DNA from: Sphingomonadaceae bacterium
Lineage (GTDB): Bacteria; Chloroflexota; UBA6077
DNA: 38,634 bases
Reading direction: 5' to 3'
Assembly: GCA_050261575.1 (NCBI GenBank)
Contig: JBLNDL010000046.1
Coordinates: forward strand, 1 to 38,634
A model generated the notes under the pieces. It saw only the letters and a program-made list of their open reading frames with translations. It did no database searches and was not told the origin of the DNA. This document shows, piece after piece, positions 9,951 through 19,088 of this stretch; the stretch's first letter is position 1, and every line of letters begins with the position of its first letter. A program made the translations under genes and the position numbers.

Positions 9951-10991
9951 CTAGGGAGTGGATCGCCGCGGCGCAACCTCCGGCCCATCGGGAGGGTCCC
10001 CCTCGTCCCCGGAGGCGGTCACCCTTTCCGTGGCGATCCGCCTGAGGCTGAGGCCCTCTCGCCAGGCGAAGAGCAGGCCGAGCAGCGTTACCGGAAGGAT
10101 AAGAGTCGCGTGTACGAGCAGAGTGTACCCCGCTGCCGTAGAGAGATCTACATGGAAGGTCCCCACCAGGACGGCCGAGAGCGGCACGTCGAACGTTCCG
10201 ACGTATCCCGGCGAGGAGGGCACCATCGTGCCCAGGTTCGCCGCGGCTGCGCCGAGAACGGAGGCCAGCAATTGGGGTTGGAACGGGAAGCTGAACATCA
10301 GAACGTAGTACATGCCGGCCTCGAGCAACCAGGCCACCACGGAGAGGCCGACCACTGCCGCGGCATCGCTGCCGCGCTTCACCACCCCGAGCCCCTCCAC
10401 GAACCTCCTCGCCATCCCCACACCAAGCTCCCCAACCCTTCTGGGGAGAGGGGAGACAAGCAGGCTCACGAGCGCAACGACGGGGCCGGGGACCACCCCG
10501 AGTGCGACGACGACCGCGACGGCCGCCACGAAAGCGGCGCTTGCCACCCATGCCAGTTGGGTGAGCCAACTCTCCAGCGGCATCAGCAGGCCGGCGACGA
10601 TCAGGAAACCCGTCAGCACCAGACCGTCGAGGATCCTCTCCACCACGATAGTGGCCACGGTGGTGCTCGGATCTAGCCGCTCCTTCCGCCACAGGACGTA
10701 GGCGCGCACGGCCTCACCCGCTCGCAGCGGGAGGATGTCGTTGGCCATGAAGCCCATGACCTGCACGACGAAGAGCCGCCGGAGGGACGGTCGCCGGACG
10801 GGGCCAAGCAGCACCCACCATCGGGTGGTCCGGACCACGACACCGGCGAAGTAGAGGGCAACCGCCGGCAGCACGAATGCGTAGTCCGCCTCGGCGAAGG
10901 CGCGAGCTACAGAAGCTAGCTCCACCGACCGCGCCATCAAGTAGACCAGCAGCGCACTGACAGCGATGCCGAACCAGTATCGCTTCTTCAT
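9951..10991 (-). CDS. Lysylphosphatidylglycerol-synthase-TM (UPF0104/AglD-C-terminal-like) flippase-like membrane protein
   Basis: The likely start is the ATG at 10991 (MKKRYWFG), overlapping the upstream stop as ATGA. Motifs RWWVLL, GFMANDILPLRAGE, ERILDG, PSSPGYVGTF. Confidence 0.85.
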   Translation of the reverse strand: MKKRYWFGIAVSALLVYLMARSVELASVARAFAEADYAFVLPAVALYFAGVVVRTTRWWVLLGPVRRPSLRRLFVVQVMGFMANDILPLRAGEAVRAYVLWRKERLDPSTTVATIVVERILDGLVLTGFLIVAGLLMPLESWLTQLAWVASAAFVAAVAVVVALGVVPGPVVALVSLLVSPLPRRVGELGVGMARRFVEGLGVVKRGSDAAAVVGLSVVAWLLEAGMYYVLMFSFPFQPQLLASVLGAAAANLGTMVPSSPGYVGTFDVPLSAVLVGTFHVDLSTAAGYTLLVHATLILPVTLLGLLFAWREGLSLRRIATERVTASGDEGDPPDGPEVAPRRSTP

Positions 10992-12019
10992 GAGGCCCCG
11001 GCCGAAGTCGCTGCCTCGTCCTCGTCGGGAGCCTCGGCCTCCTTCTCGAACCGCCAGAAGGCCAGGTTTTCCTTCGCGAAGAACACCAACCCGATGGCGG
11101 TCACCATCAGGTACTGCATAAGGTGCGAGGCTATCGCCACAGCCAGGGCGGTTTCCTTCGGGACATCGAACACCCCCAGGGCCATGACGGCGAAGAACTG
11201 GAACGTTCCAACGTACCCCGGGGCAGAGGGCAGCATGATCCCAAGGTTCACCACCACCAGCAGGAAGGTCGCGGCCAACGCCTGGCCCAGGGGGGATGCC
11301 CAGATCCCGAACGCCCGGCTCATCAGCAGGTAGGAACTCGCCTCGAGAAGCCACACGCCCAGCGAGAGCAGGACGACCAGTCCCAACACCCTCCCGCTCT
11401 TGAGGGAGTGCAGCCCCGAGATGAAGGTCTTACTTGCGCGGAGGATAGCGCCCGACAGTTGCCTGGGAAAGGGGTGCAGAGCGACCCCCAGCACCCGCAT
11501 GGTCAGCTTCTCCTGAGTCAGCAGAAGCACGATGCCGAGTGCCGCGCCGAGGAATAGCAGGCTGGAGAAAAGCTGCACCTCCTGCCCCCATCCGGGCAGC
11601 GGCATAAGGAGCGAGACGACGCCCAATAGGAGGATCAGGGTGACGCCGTCGCAGACCCTCTCCAGGACGATCGTCGCCAGGCCGTAGGTCTTCCTGGTGC
11701 CTATCTTGCGACCCAGCAAATAGGCGCGGACGAACTCGCCGAGCCTGGCAGGCAGCAGGTTGTTGGAGGCGAACCCCATCATCAGGATGGAGAAGGCGTC
11801 ACCGAAGGAGAGGGACGCCACCGGGCTGACGATGCCCTGCCACCGAACCGTCCGCAGCACGTATCCGCCGAGTGTCACCGCCGCCGCGGGCAACACCAGC
11901 CGGTAATCCGCCGACCGGAACGCCTCCACCAGCTCCGCCCAACTCACGTTGCGGGCCACGATCCCTAGAAAGATCGCGGTCAACAGAAAGCCAATCAGCC
12001 GACCCTTGCGAGAAGACAA
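10988..12019 (-). CDS. Second LPG-synthase-TM flippase-like membrane protein (paralog)
   Basis: TTG start with SD GGAGG. Motifs RWQGI, GFASNNLLPARLGE, ERVCDG, PSAPGYVGTF. Confidence 0.85.
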   Translation of the reverse strand: MSSRKGRLIGFLLTAIFLGIVARNVSWAELVEAFRSADYRLVLPAAAVTLGGYVLRTVRWQGIVSPVASLSFGDAFSILMMGFASNNLLPARLGEFVRAYLLGRKIGTRKTYGLATIVLERVCDGVTLILLLGVVSLLMPLPGWGQEVQLFSSLLFLGAALGIVLLLTQEKLTMRVLGVALHPFPRQLSGAILRASKTFISGLHSLKSGRVLGLVVLLSLGVWLLEASSYLLMSRAFGIWASPLGQALAATFLLVVVNLGIMLPSAPGYVGTFQFFAVMALGVFDVPKETALAVAIASHLMQYLMVTAIGLVFFAKENLAFWRFEKEAEAPDEDEAATSAGAS

Positions 12020-12020
12020 C

Positions 12021-14891
12021 TTACCTCCAGGACTGGTACTTCACCACCCGAGCATTTCGCCCGTCGGCCACGAAGACCTCTCCGAGGGAAGACAGGGCGA
12101 TGCCGACGGGAAGGTTGAAGGCCGCGGGTTCCGTGCCCTGGGTCCCCTTCGCCCCTACCTGTCGACCGCTCGGGTCCAGCACCAGGAAGCGATGCTTCTC
12201 GGGCTCGGTGTAAAGTATATACCCATCCGCGTCGATGGCCAGGTAGGGCTTGTTCGCTGTGGACTGGCTTTCCCATCCGGGGGCAGAGAACTGCGCGAGC
12301 GGGCGCCCGTCCTTGTCGAGCTTCTGGATGCGACGGTTCCAGGTATCGGCCACGAATACGTTGCCGTCACCGTCCACCGCTATGCCCACCGGTTCCCTCA
12401 GCATGCCGGCCTCGGTGCCCTCACCGCCAAACAGACTGAGAAAGCGGCCCTCAGGATCGAACACCTGGACTCGCTTGTTCCCCGTGTCGGTCACCAGCAC
12501 CTTTCCGTCAGGGGCCACGGCCACATCCCTGGGTCCCCAAAAGCTGCCAGGCTGCACAGACAACTGCCCCTTCACGTCGGCGAAGGCACCCCATTTCGTG
12601 AGGAATCGCCCGTCCTGGTCGAACTTCTGCACGCGGTGGTTCCACGTGTCCGCGACGTAGACCTCGCCACTGGGGGAAACGGCGATCCCCCACGGCTCGT
12701 TGAACTCCCCATCGCCGGCCCCCTTCCTGCCCCACTGCCGTGCTACCGTCCCGTCGGGGCGAAACACCACGACCTTCGAGGCCAGGGAGTCCACCACGTA
12801 GATCAGGCCATCGGGCGCGATGGCCACGTCCTTCGGCTCACTCAGTACACTCGCACCGGAGCCGCTCTTCCCAAAGATGGTTATCCCTCCGGGCGCAGCC
12901 TGGGCGACCACGTCGTCGGGGACCGCCTGCGACTGTGGAGCTGGCGGCGCGGCAGCGGACTGGAGGGAGATGCCTCGGGCCAGGTCCGAGCGAACGAAGA
13001 AATCGAAGTCCCGCGACCCAAGCGGATTCAACGTCTCTCGGTAGAGGAAGTAACGCCACAGCTTGGCTCGGGTCGCGGGGTCTCTCAGGCCTTCCCAGAT
13101 CTTGCCCCAGGTGAGTCCCTTGTAGTCCTCGGGATACCACCAGTTCAGCCGCCCCCTGATGGACACGTAATCCCCCACGGAGTTGCGGATCGGCTCCTCG
13201 TTGGCCACCATCGCCAGGATCACCGCTGCGTCAGTGGGGGTCGCGAAGGTGCGAGAGTAGTAGCTCTTGTTCTTGTACTCGCGCAGGTACCACTCGAACG
13301 GCCACGCTATGCTCTCGTGGGAGACGGTCTGCCCGCCAACGTTCTCGGTGTAGCCGCCGTCCAGCAGAATCCTCATCTCCTTGCCAGTCCCGGTTCGCTC
13401 GGATATCCGCTCGATCTCCCGCATGACCTTGGTTACGTCGGGCGAGGACTGCACGTATACGAGCATGTCCTGGGGGATATCCCCTCGAGCGTAGGTGACT
13501 CCCCATCCTGTGTGGATCGTCAGCACTAGCAGCGCGGCCACGCCCCCCATACCCGCTGGAACCAGCACCGCCCGGCTCCCCTCCCTGCGGCCTATCGCTA
13601 CCAGAGCAGCGAGCAACCCGACGAGGAGCAGCCCCATGGCCAGCCTCTGCAACTGGCCCGCCTGGATGCCAAGTTGGGTGCCCGCGAGTGGCTGAGCCGC
13701 CACCAATCCACCGAGCAGCACGGCGCCAATCAATCCCACCAGCGCCAGCACCAGGAACCCCGCCCCCTGCACGAACAGTTGCCGGCTCGCCCGCCTCGCC
13801 AGGCCCGCCAGCCCAAGAGCCGCCAAAAAGACCAAGGGCTGGGCTATGTGGAGTGAGAGCCACGGCATCTTCTCACCGGCCCAGGAGTAGATGGCGAGGG
13901 CTCCGAGCAGCCACACCACCATGAACCAGAAGAAAAGCCCCTGGCGCAGCAGCTTCCGGCGCGCCACCAGGAACACCAGCCCCGCGAAGGCCACCAACAG
14001 CGGGAGGAACTCGTACAGCGGTATCAGCAGCAGGTAGTAGAACCACGGCTGACCGCCGCGTTGCACCCCCTGCTGGGCTAGCCAGTAGGTAATGGCACCC
14101 GTGGATCCGCTGACGATCCCCTTGGGGTTGGTGAAGAAGGTGGTGTAGAGCACCAGGTTGATCACCAGGAAGAGGGCTATGGACACCGCCCAGGTGCGGC
14201 CGGATACAGCCTTCAGCGCGTCCCAGCCCGCGGGGCTTCGCCCCCGAAGGCGCGACACCACGTACTCGAGGACGAAGAAGAGCAGGAAGACGAACCCGGT
14301 GATGTACACCGTTTCCTTGGTGGCGTAGGAGAACGCGGCGCCGACGGCGATGAGATAGAAGTGGAAAGGACGCCGCTCCCTTAGGAACCCGAAGATGCCG
14401 ATGAGCACTATCATCGCCCAACCGGCCATGTAGATGTCGTTGCGGATGAAGCGGGAGAAGTAGAGAAACGATGGCGATATGGCGAACAAGGCTGCCGCCA
14501 GCAGTGCTGCGAGCCGCCCCATCTCCCTGCGCAGGAAGTATGGAGCGATAACCACCCAGACGCCGAAGATGGCAGGCACCACCCGCGCCGTGTAGTCGCT
14601 AGCCCCGAAAAGCAGGTAGACGAGAGCTACAGCGTGGAACTGGAAAGGACCGTGCATCATGGGGTCGTGGACGTATCCGCGCCCCACGTAGAGGTACCAC
14701 GAGTAGAGGGCGTGGAGGCTCTCGTCGTGGTGCAGGGCCCTGCTCCCCAGATCCCAGAAGCGAGTCAGTATGGTGAAAAGCACCAGGCCGGCGTAGGCGA
14801 CCAGTTCCCAGTCGATCGTCAACTGCGCGAGTAGTGGCCTGCCAAGCACGCCCTCCTCGCGCAGTGATCGGCTCTTCTCTGCTAGAGTCAA
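12021..14891 (-). CDS. TIGR03663 (Agl23-like) PMT-related GT-C membrane protein fused to a C-terminal NHL-repeat beta-propeller
   Basis: HHDESLH, HDPMMHGP, YFSRFIRND, KE, EKMPWL, MLVYVQSS and WPFEWYLR motifs. The C-terminal NHL repeats read FNEPWGIAV...YVADTWNHRVQKF about six times. TTG start with SD AAGGAG. Confidence 0.85.
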   Translation of the reverse strand: MTLAEKSRSLREEGVLGRPLLAQLTIDWELVAYAGLVLFTILTRFWDLGSRALHHDESLHALYSWYLYVGRGYVHDPMMHGPFQFHAVALVYLLFGASDYTARVVPAIFGVWVVIAPYFLRREMGRLAALLAAALFAISPSFLYFSRFIRNDIYMAGWAMIVLIGIFGFLRERRPFHFYLIAVGAAFSYATKETVYITGFVFLLFFVLEYVVSRLRGRSPAGWDALKAVSGRTWAVSIALFLVINLVLYTTFFTNPKGIVSGSTGAITYWLAQQGVQRGGQPWFYYLLLIPLYEFLPLLVAFAGLVFLVARRKLLRQGLFFWFMVVWLLGALAIYSWAGEKMPWLSLHIAQPLVFLAALGLAGLARRASRQLFVQGAGFLVLALVGLIGAVLLGGLVAAQPLAGTQLGIQAGQLQRLAMGLLLVGLLAALVAIGRREGSRAVLVPAGMGGVAALLVLTIHTGWGVTYARGDIPQDMLVYVQSSPDVTKVMREIERISERTGTGKEMRILLDGGYTENVGGQTVSHESIAWPFEWYLREYKNKSYYSRTFATPTDAAVILAMVANEEPIRNSVGDYVSIRGRLNWWYPEDYKGLTWGKIWEGLRDPATRAKLWRYFLYRETLNPLGSRDFDFFVRSDLARGISLQSAAAPPAPQSQAVPDDVVAQAAPGGITIFGKSGSGASVLSEPKDVAIAPDGLIYVVDSLASKVVVFRPDGTVARQWGRKGAGDGEFNEPWGIAVSPSGEVYVADTWNHRVQKFDQDGRFLTKWGAFADVKGQLSVQPGSFWGPRDVAVAPDGKVLVTDTGNKRVQVFDPEGRFLSLFGGEGTEAGMLREPVGIAVDGDGNVFVADTWNRRIQKLDKDGRPLAQFSAPGWESQSTANKPYLAIDADGYILYTEPEKHRFLVLDPSGRQVGAKGTQGTEPAAFNLPVGIALSSLGEVFVADGRNARVVKYQSWR

Positions 14892-14912
14892 CCGTGAGCG
14901 CTCCTTCTACAG

Positions 14913-16679
14913 TTACCAGTTCCCAGCCGGCGCGCGGACAATTATATCACGGGGGTTTGGACGCACGAGTCCGTCGCGCCCCACCGCCCAACGCCACGCC
15001 CCCTGCCAGGTCAGGTCCCGGCTGCTGACAGTGGGACTGAAAAGACCAGGGATACGTTCGACGGAGGGATCCAGCTTCACTTGCGGCAGTTGAGAGAGTG
15101 AGAGGGCGATGCCCTGGGTCGACTGAGCAGAGTACTCGACTTCCCGAGTACCGCGCAGATACCAGGCCAGTGGTACCCGCAGTTGCGGGTCCACCGCCAC
15201 AGGTGTCCTATGGTACGCAGAGTAGTACGCAGCGGCGAGGGCGGCGTCCCTCAGGTCCGGCGCGACCTGCGTCCCGATCACGGGCTCCATAGACAGGCTC
15301 TCGATCCGGTAGTTCAGGAAGGCCGTGCCGTGCAGCGTGTAGCCCACGCACGCCAGCATCACGGTGAACCAAGCCAGCGCTGCTCTTCCCCGGCCATCCA
15401 GCAGGAGCCCCACTGCCAGGGCGCCGACTATCACCAGCGCGATTTCCAGGTAGAGGAACGGCGCCGGAGTCGACGTGGCCGGCGTGGAGCCTCGGTTCAA
15501 CAGGACCGTTCCCACTCCCAGCGGCACCGCCACGGCCAGCGCGGCAGCGAACCACTTCCAGTCGATCCTCACTCCCTTCGCGAGGGAGAGGCTCTCGGCG
15601 GCCAGCCTGGTGGCCAGAAGGTAGAGTGGGACGATCGGCAGGATCAGCCGTGAGATCGCGCCGGATGTCTGCACCATAGTGAACAGCAAGACCAACATCA
15701 GCCACAGGGCAAGGAAGCCATCCACCCGTTCCCTTCGGAAGATCGCCCGCACCATCTGAATCCCACCGAGCAGCAGAACCGGAAACTCGTACATGGCGAG
15801 CAGCAACAGCAGGCTGCCTCGCGGTGCAGACAGGCTGAAGGACCCGACCCAACTCGTCCAGACATCCACCAGCGCCCACTGGATTCCGGGCAGGTGGCTG
15901 CCGAAGTTCATCCCCACGACCACCAGGGCGACGGCGCATGCCGCCGCGCTCCGCCGACCGAGCGGTGAGGCAGCGACCGCGCGGGACTCCCTCAGCAGCG
16001 ACAGCGGTTGCGGGTGCGAAAGCAAGGCGGCCAGCGCCAGCGTCACGAGCACCGTTATGCCCTCGTTTCCCGAGGTTACGAGCCCCGCCACCAGCAGGCC
16101 GGTCCCGTAGGCCCTCCCCGCGTCCAGCCGCTTGGCACCACGCTCCAGCGTCCACCAGAGGAGCAAGCCGAGAGTCACGGGAACCACCCCCCCAGTCACG
16201 TCCCTCGACGCGAACACCAGGAGTGGTGAGAGTGCGAACCCGAAGGCCGCCAGAAGGGCAGGCACTCGCCCCAGGGAGGCTCGGAGCAGGTAGGGAAGCG
16301 CCACCAGGGCCGAGCCCGAGAGGGCCGAGACAAACCTCGCCGCACCGTCACCCTCGGCGAACATCGCAAGTGCAAGGGCATTCCCGTAGGCCAGGAGCGG
16401 ACCCTGGCTGAGGGACTCCGGCGGCTGGCCGAGCCAGATCCGGTACGACTCCAATGCCAGGGTGCCTTCCTCCGCCGATAGCGGTCGGAGGTCTAGCAGC
16501 AGGAACCTGAGCAGGCCACCCAGCGCCGCGGCAACCAGGTAGAGCGCGACCTCCAGGGTCAGCACCTGCTCCAGGTTGCGGACGCTGTTCCAGCCAGCCG
16601 GAGCCGGCTCAGTCTCACGCCCCTGTATGGGGACTCGCCTGCTGCCTGCTTTCGCGCTCATCGTCTCCCACGGTTTCAC
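14913..16679 (-). CDS. Divergent TIGR03663-like GT-C membrane protein (paralog without NHL domain)
   Basis: Collinear similarity to the downstream gene: LRF..LDLRPLSAEE, QGPL, DGAARF, ALSPLLVFASR, MYEFP, PLAWYLR. Start codon uncertain (16679 or 16661). Confidence 0.7.
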   Translation of the reverse strand: MKPWETMSAKAGSRRVPIQGRETEPAPAGWNSVRNLEQVLTLEVALYLVAAALGGLLRFLLLDLRPLSAEEGTLALESYRIWLGQPPESLSQGPLLAYGNALALAMFAEGDGAARFVSALSGSALVALPYLLRASLGRVPALLAAFGFALSPLLVFASRDVTGGVVPVTLGLLLWWTLERGAKRLDAGRAYGTGLLVAGLVTSGNEGITVLVTLALAALLSHPQPLSLLRESRAVAASPLGRRSAAACAVALVVVGMNFGSHLPGIQWALVDVWTSWVGSFSLSAPRGSLLLLLAMYEFPVLLLGGIQMVRAIFRRERVDGFLALWLMLVLLFTMVQTSGAISRLILPIVPLYLLATRLAAESLSLAKGVRIDWKWFAAALAVAVPLGVGTVLLNRGSTPATSTPAPFLYLEIALVIVGALAVGLLLDGRGRAALAWFTVMLACVGYTLHGTAFLNYRIESLSMEPVIGTQVAPDLRDAALAAAYYSAYHRTPVAVDPQLRVPLAWYLRGTREVEYSAQSTQGIALSLSQLPQVKLDPSVERIPGLFSPTVSSRDLTWQGAWRWAVGRDGLVRPNPRDIIVRAPAGNW

Positions 16680-16709
16680 CTGCCCCAGAGAGCACCATCT
16701 GCCACAGCA

Positions 16710-19079
16710 TCAGGGCACCCGGTAGATCACGACACCACCCTGTCGGTGGGCAACCTCCAGCCGTCCTTCGAACCGGTCACGGACACCCTGGCCGTACTTC
16801 TCGACCTCTAGGCTTCCCACGTAGACGTATCGCACACCGTACTTCCGCAGCAACTCCATCATGGCATCCGGATCGGCCGTTCGGTAGATGGCTTCGATAT
16901 CCTGGGCACGTCGCTGCGGCTCCTCGCCCTTCCCTCGCCACTGGGTCTCGTGTCCCGCCCAACCGAGCACCGTCGGAAGCCCCGAGAAAGTGCTGACCCT
17001 GGCGTACTCGGAGTACTCCCCTCCCGTAGCCTCCAACACCACCGGCCTGCCCCGGACAGCCCGCGACAGCCACTGAATGGCAGCGTAATCGTCGGACCTG
17101 ATCCGCTGGTAGAAGGCGGCTCCATCGAGGGTGGCAGGGAGCTGGAAGCCCTGAGTCTTAGCAGGGGCGGCGGCCAAAGGATACACCAGCCCTATTCCCA
17201 CCAGCAAGGCAGCGCAGCCGACCACCGCCCAGCGTGCGGATCGCCGCTTCACCCCTCCGCCCATCCACACGACCCCGACGGCCGATGCGAGGCCAAGCAA
17301 CAACCATGCCTGATAGTGGAACTTGAATACCGTGTTCATACGGGTGCCGAACAGGTCCACCAGGAAGACGAACTCCGGCACCACGATAAGGAGCAGACCA
17401 ACCACGGCGAGGCTCAGCATGAAGCGCTGGGCCGGTTCGCACAGCCTCTCCGAGCCGGCGCACTCCCCGTAGTAGGGCGGGACCCCGCCCCTCGCGGCCA
17501 ACGGCTGGGTTGCTTCCTGCGCCCCACCGCGCTCCGCAAGAACCGGTTCGCCCGCCGCCGCAGCCAGGAGCAACAGCCCCGCCAGGAGGGCGAGAGCCCC
17601 GAGCAGCGGTGACGCTGCGATCATCGTCGCCCCCAGCCATCGGAGCATCGGCGCAGCACGCCGGCGAGGCCCCTCGATCTTGGCATCCTCGCGCTCGGAA
17701 CGGAGCGATCGCAATCCCCCCCGAGATCCCATCCACGCGAGGAGACAGCCCACCACGAAGAGGAAGGGGCCGAACAGGATCAGCAGCGAGGGCAGAGGGG
17801 TCTTGTCGGCGGAGAGACCTAGCCCCTTGGTCTGAGAGGAGAAGCCCACGAGGAAGGGAAAGTAGAGCATCACGGAGAGCAGTGATAGCAGCGCCAGCCC
17901 CCTCACCCTCCTCGACAGCCTCTCGCGGCACCAGTCCACACCCGAAAGGGGCACCAAGGCGGATACCCAGAACAGACCGGTGTAGGTGGGGAAATCCCAA
18001 CTGTTCCCCACGAAGAGGAAGCCCAGCGCGACAGCAGTCACCCCTACAGCCACCCTGTCTTCGCCGGACTCTCGCTTGCCGGATGCCCTCGCAATAAGCG
18101 CGGCAGCGGCCAAGGCAACCGCTAGTAGAGCCCACGGTAGAGCCATGTAGTGGGGGTGAAGATCCCCCAGCAGGAAGCTGAAGAAGGGGAACTCCGTGAT
18201 CCCGTCAGGCTTGATGGTGGGGATGACGCGGGAGGCCCTCCACCACCACCAATGGGTCGAGGGAAGCCAGCCGGTGGGCTGCGCGGCGGGCTCCAGGCCC
18301 TTCACGCCAACCCACTGCCAGAAGGATGCATCGCCGATTCCCCTGGCAGCCAGCAACTCGAGGCCGCCCTCCAGGTTCCCCATCACGCCTATCATGAGCG
18401 GCGCCAACAGGGCTCCGGCCAAACGTCGGTAGGGCCGCGACGCCGGCCGGAGGGCCGACAGCAGGTTGAAGGCAAGGCTGAAGCTGCCGGCCAAGAGCAA
18501 GGCGAACACGAGGGCCACGCCCAGGTTGTAGCCAACAGAGGCGGGCACCGCAGACAGCTTGGCCACCGTCGCCAGCAGCAGGTAGCCGAAGTAGTAATAG
18601 GAGATGCTGTGGCCCGACATCCAGGGATCCTCGGGCGGCAGGGTCGCCGTTCGGAACAGGGCGTTCAGGAAGGCGAAGTCCATCGGCTTCTCTGTGCCCG
18701 AGATCTCCGGGTTGTGGGCGCGGATCAAGGACGCGGCCGCGAAGGAGAGGAGAAAGACCGACTCCGAGGCCAGAAGGACGGCAGGAACGCCCGACAACCG
18801 GCGAACGGCCTCCCGACCCCACGCAATCCAGCAGGCGGCCGCGAGCACCGCCATCAGGATGGCGATGGTGGCCTGCTGGTATCGGAGCACTCCGAAGGTG
18901 CCGAGGATCCAGACGGCATACGACACCAGCAGCACACCCAGCGGCTTAGCGAAGAGGTAGCCGCGGTCCGGAAGCCAGCGAAGAACGCGCACCGCCAGCG
19001 GCAGCGCGCTCAGCCCCAGCAACTCGACCACCACGAGCCAGGTGAGGAACCACATCATCGTGCCCTGGACCTCAATCAC
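16710..19079 (-). CDS. Chlor_Arch_YYY (TIGR03662/DUF2298) integral membrane protein
   Basis: GTEKPMDFAFLNA, DPWMSG, SYYYFG, ITEFPFFSFLLGDLHPH, NSWDFP, RMNTVFKF, TLDG, GLPTVLGW. Confidence 0.88.
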   Translation of the reverse strand: MIEVQGTMMWFLTWLVVVELLGLSALPLAVRVLRWLPDRGYLFAKPLGVLLVSYAVWILGTFGVLRYQQATIAILMAVLAAACWIAWGREAVRRLSGVPAVLLASESVFLLSFAAASLIRAHNPEISGTEKPMDFAFLNALFRTATLPPEDPWMSGHSISYYYFGYLLLATVAKLSAVPASVGYNLGVALVFALLLAGSFSLAFNLLSALRPASRPYRRLAGALLAPLMIGVMGNLEGGLELLAARGIGDASFWQWVGVKGLEPAAQPTGWLPSTHWWWWRASRVIPTIKPDGITEFPFFSFLLGDLHPHYMALPWALLAVALAAAALIARASGKRESGEDRVAVGVTAVALGFLFVGNSWDFPTYTGLFWVSALVPLSGVDWCRERLSRRVRGLALLSLLSVMLYFPFLVGFSSQTKGLGLSADKTPLPSLLILFGPFLFVVGCLLAWMGSRGGLRSLRSEREDAKIEGPRRRAAPMLRWLGATMIAASPLLGALALLAGLLLLAAAAGEPVLAERGGAQEATQPLAARGGVPPYYGECAGSERLCEPAQRFMLSLAVVGLLLIVVPEFVFLVDLFGTRMNTVFKFHYQAWLLLGLASAVGVVWMGGGVKRRSARWAVVGCAALLVGIGLVYPLAAAPAKTQGFQLPATLDGAAFYQRIRSDDYAAIQWLSRAVRGRPVVLEATGGEYSEYARVSTFSGLPTVLGWAGHETQWRGKGEEPQRRAQDIEAIYRTADPDAMMELLRKYGVRYVYVGSLEVEKYGQGVRDRFEGRLEVAHRQGGVVIYRVP
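17432..17551. repeat. 9-bp direct repeats (CCGGTTCGC) 111 nt apart enclosing a GTAG REP-like hairpin, in frame within the YYY gene
   Basis: CCGGTTCGC at 17432-17440 and 17543-17551; GTAGGGCGGGACCCCGCCC at 17472-17490. Confidence 0.5.
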
Positions 19080-19088
19080 CCCACCCCG

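Noticed and set aside
10992..11354. N-terminal extension of the 467-aa flippase ORF, or a possible frameshift fusion of the two flippases
   Set aside because: It overlaps the upstream paralog in another frame. An ATGA-coupled start at 10991 gives a complete protein of similar length to its paralog.
12030..12850. Periodic DNA similarity suggesting a repeat array or CRISPR
   Set aside because: Explained by protein-level NHL repeats; no identical repeats with unique spacers were seen anywhere in the window.
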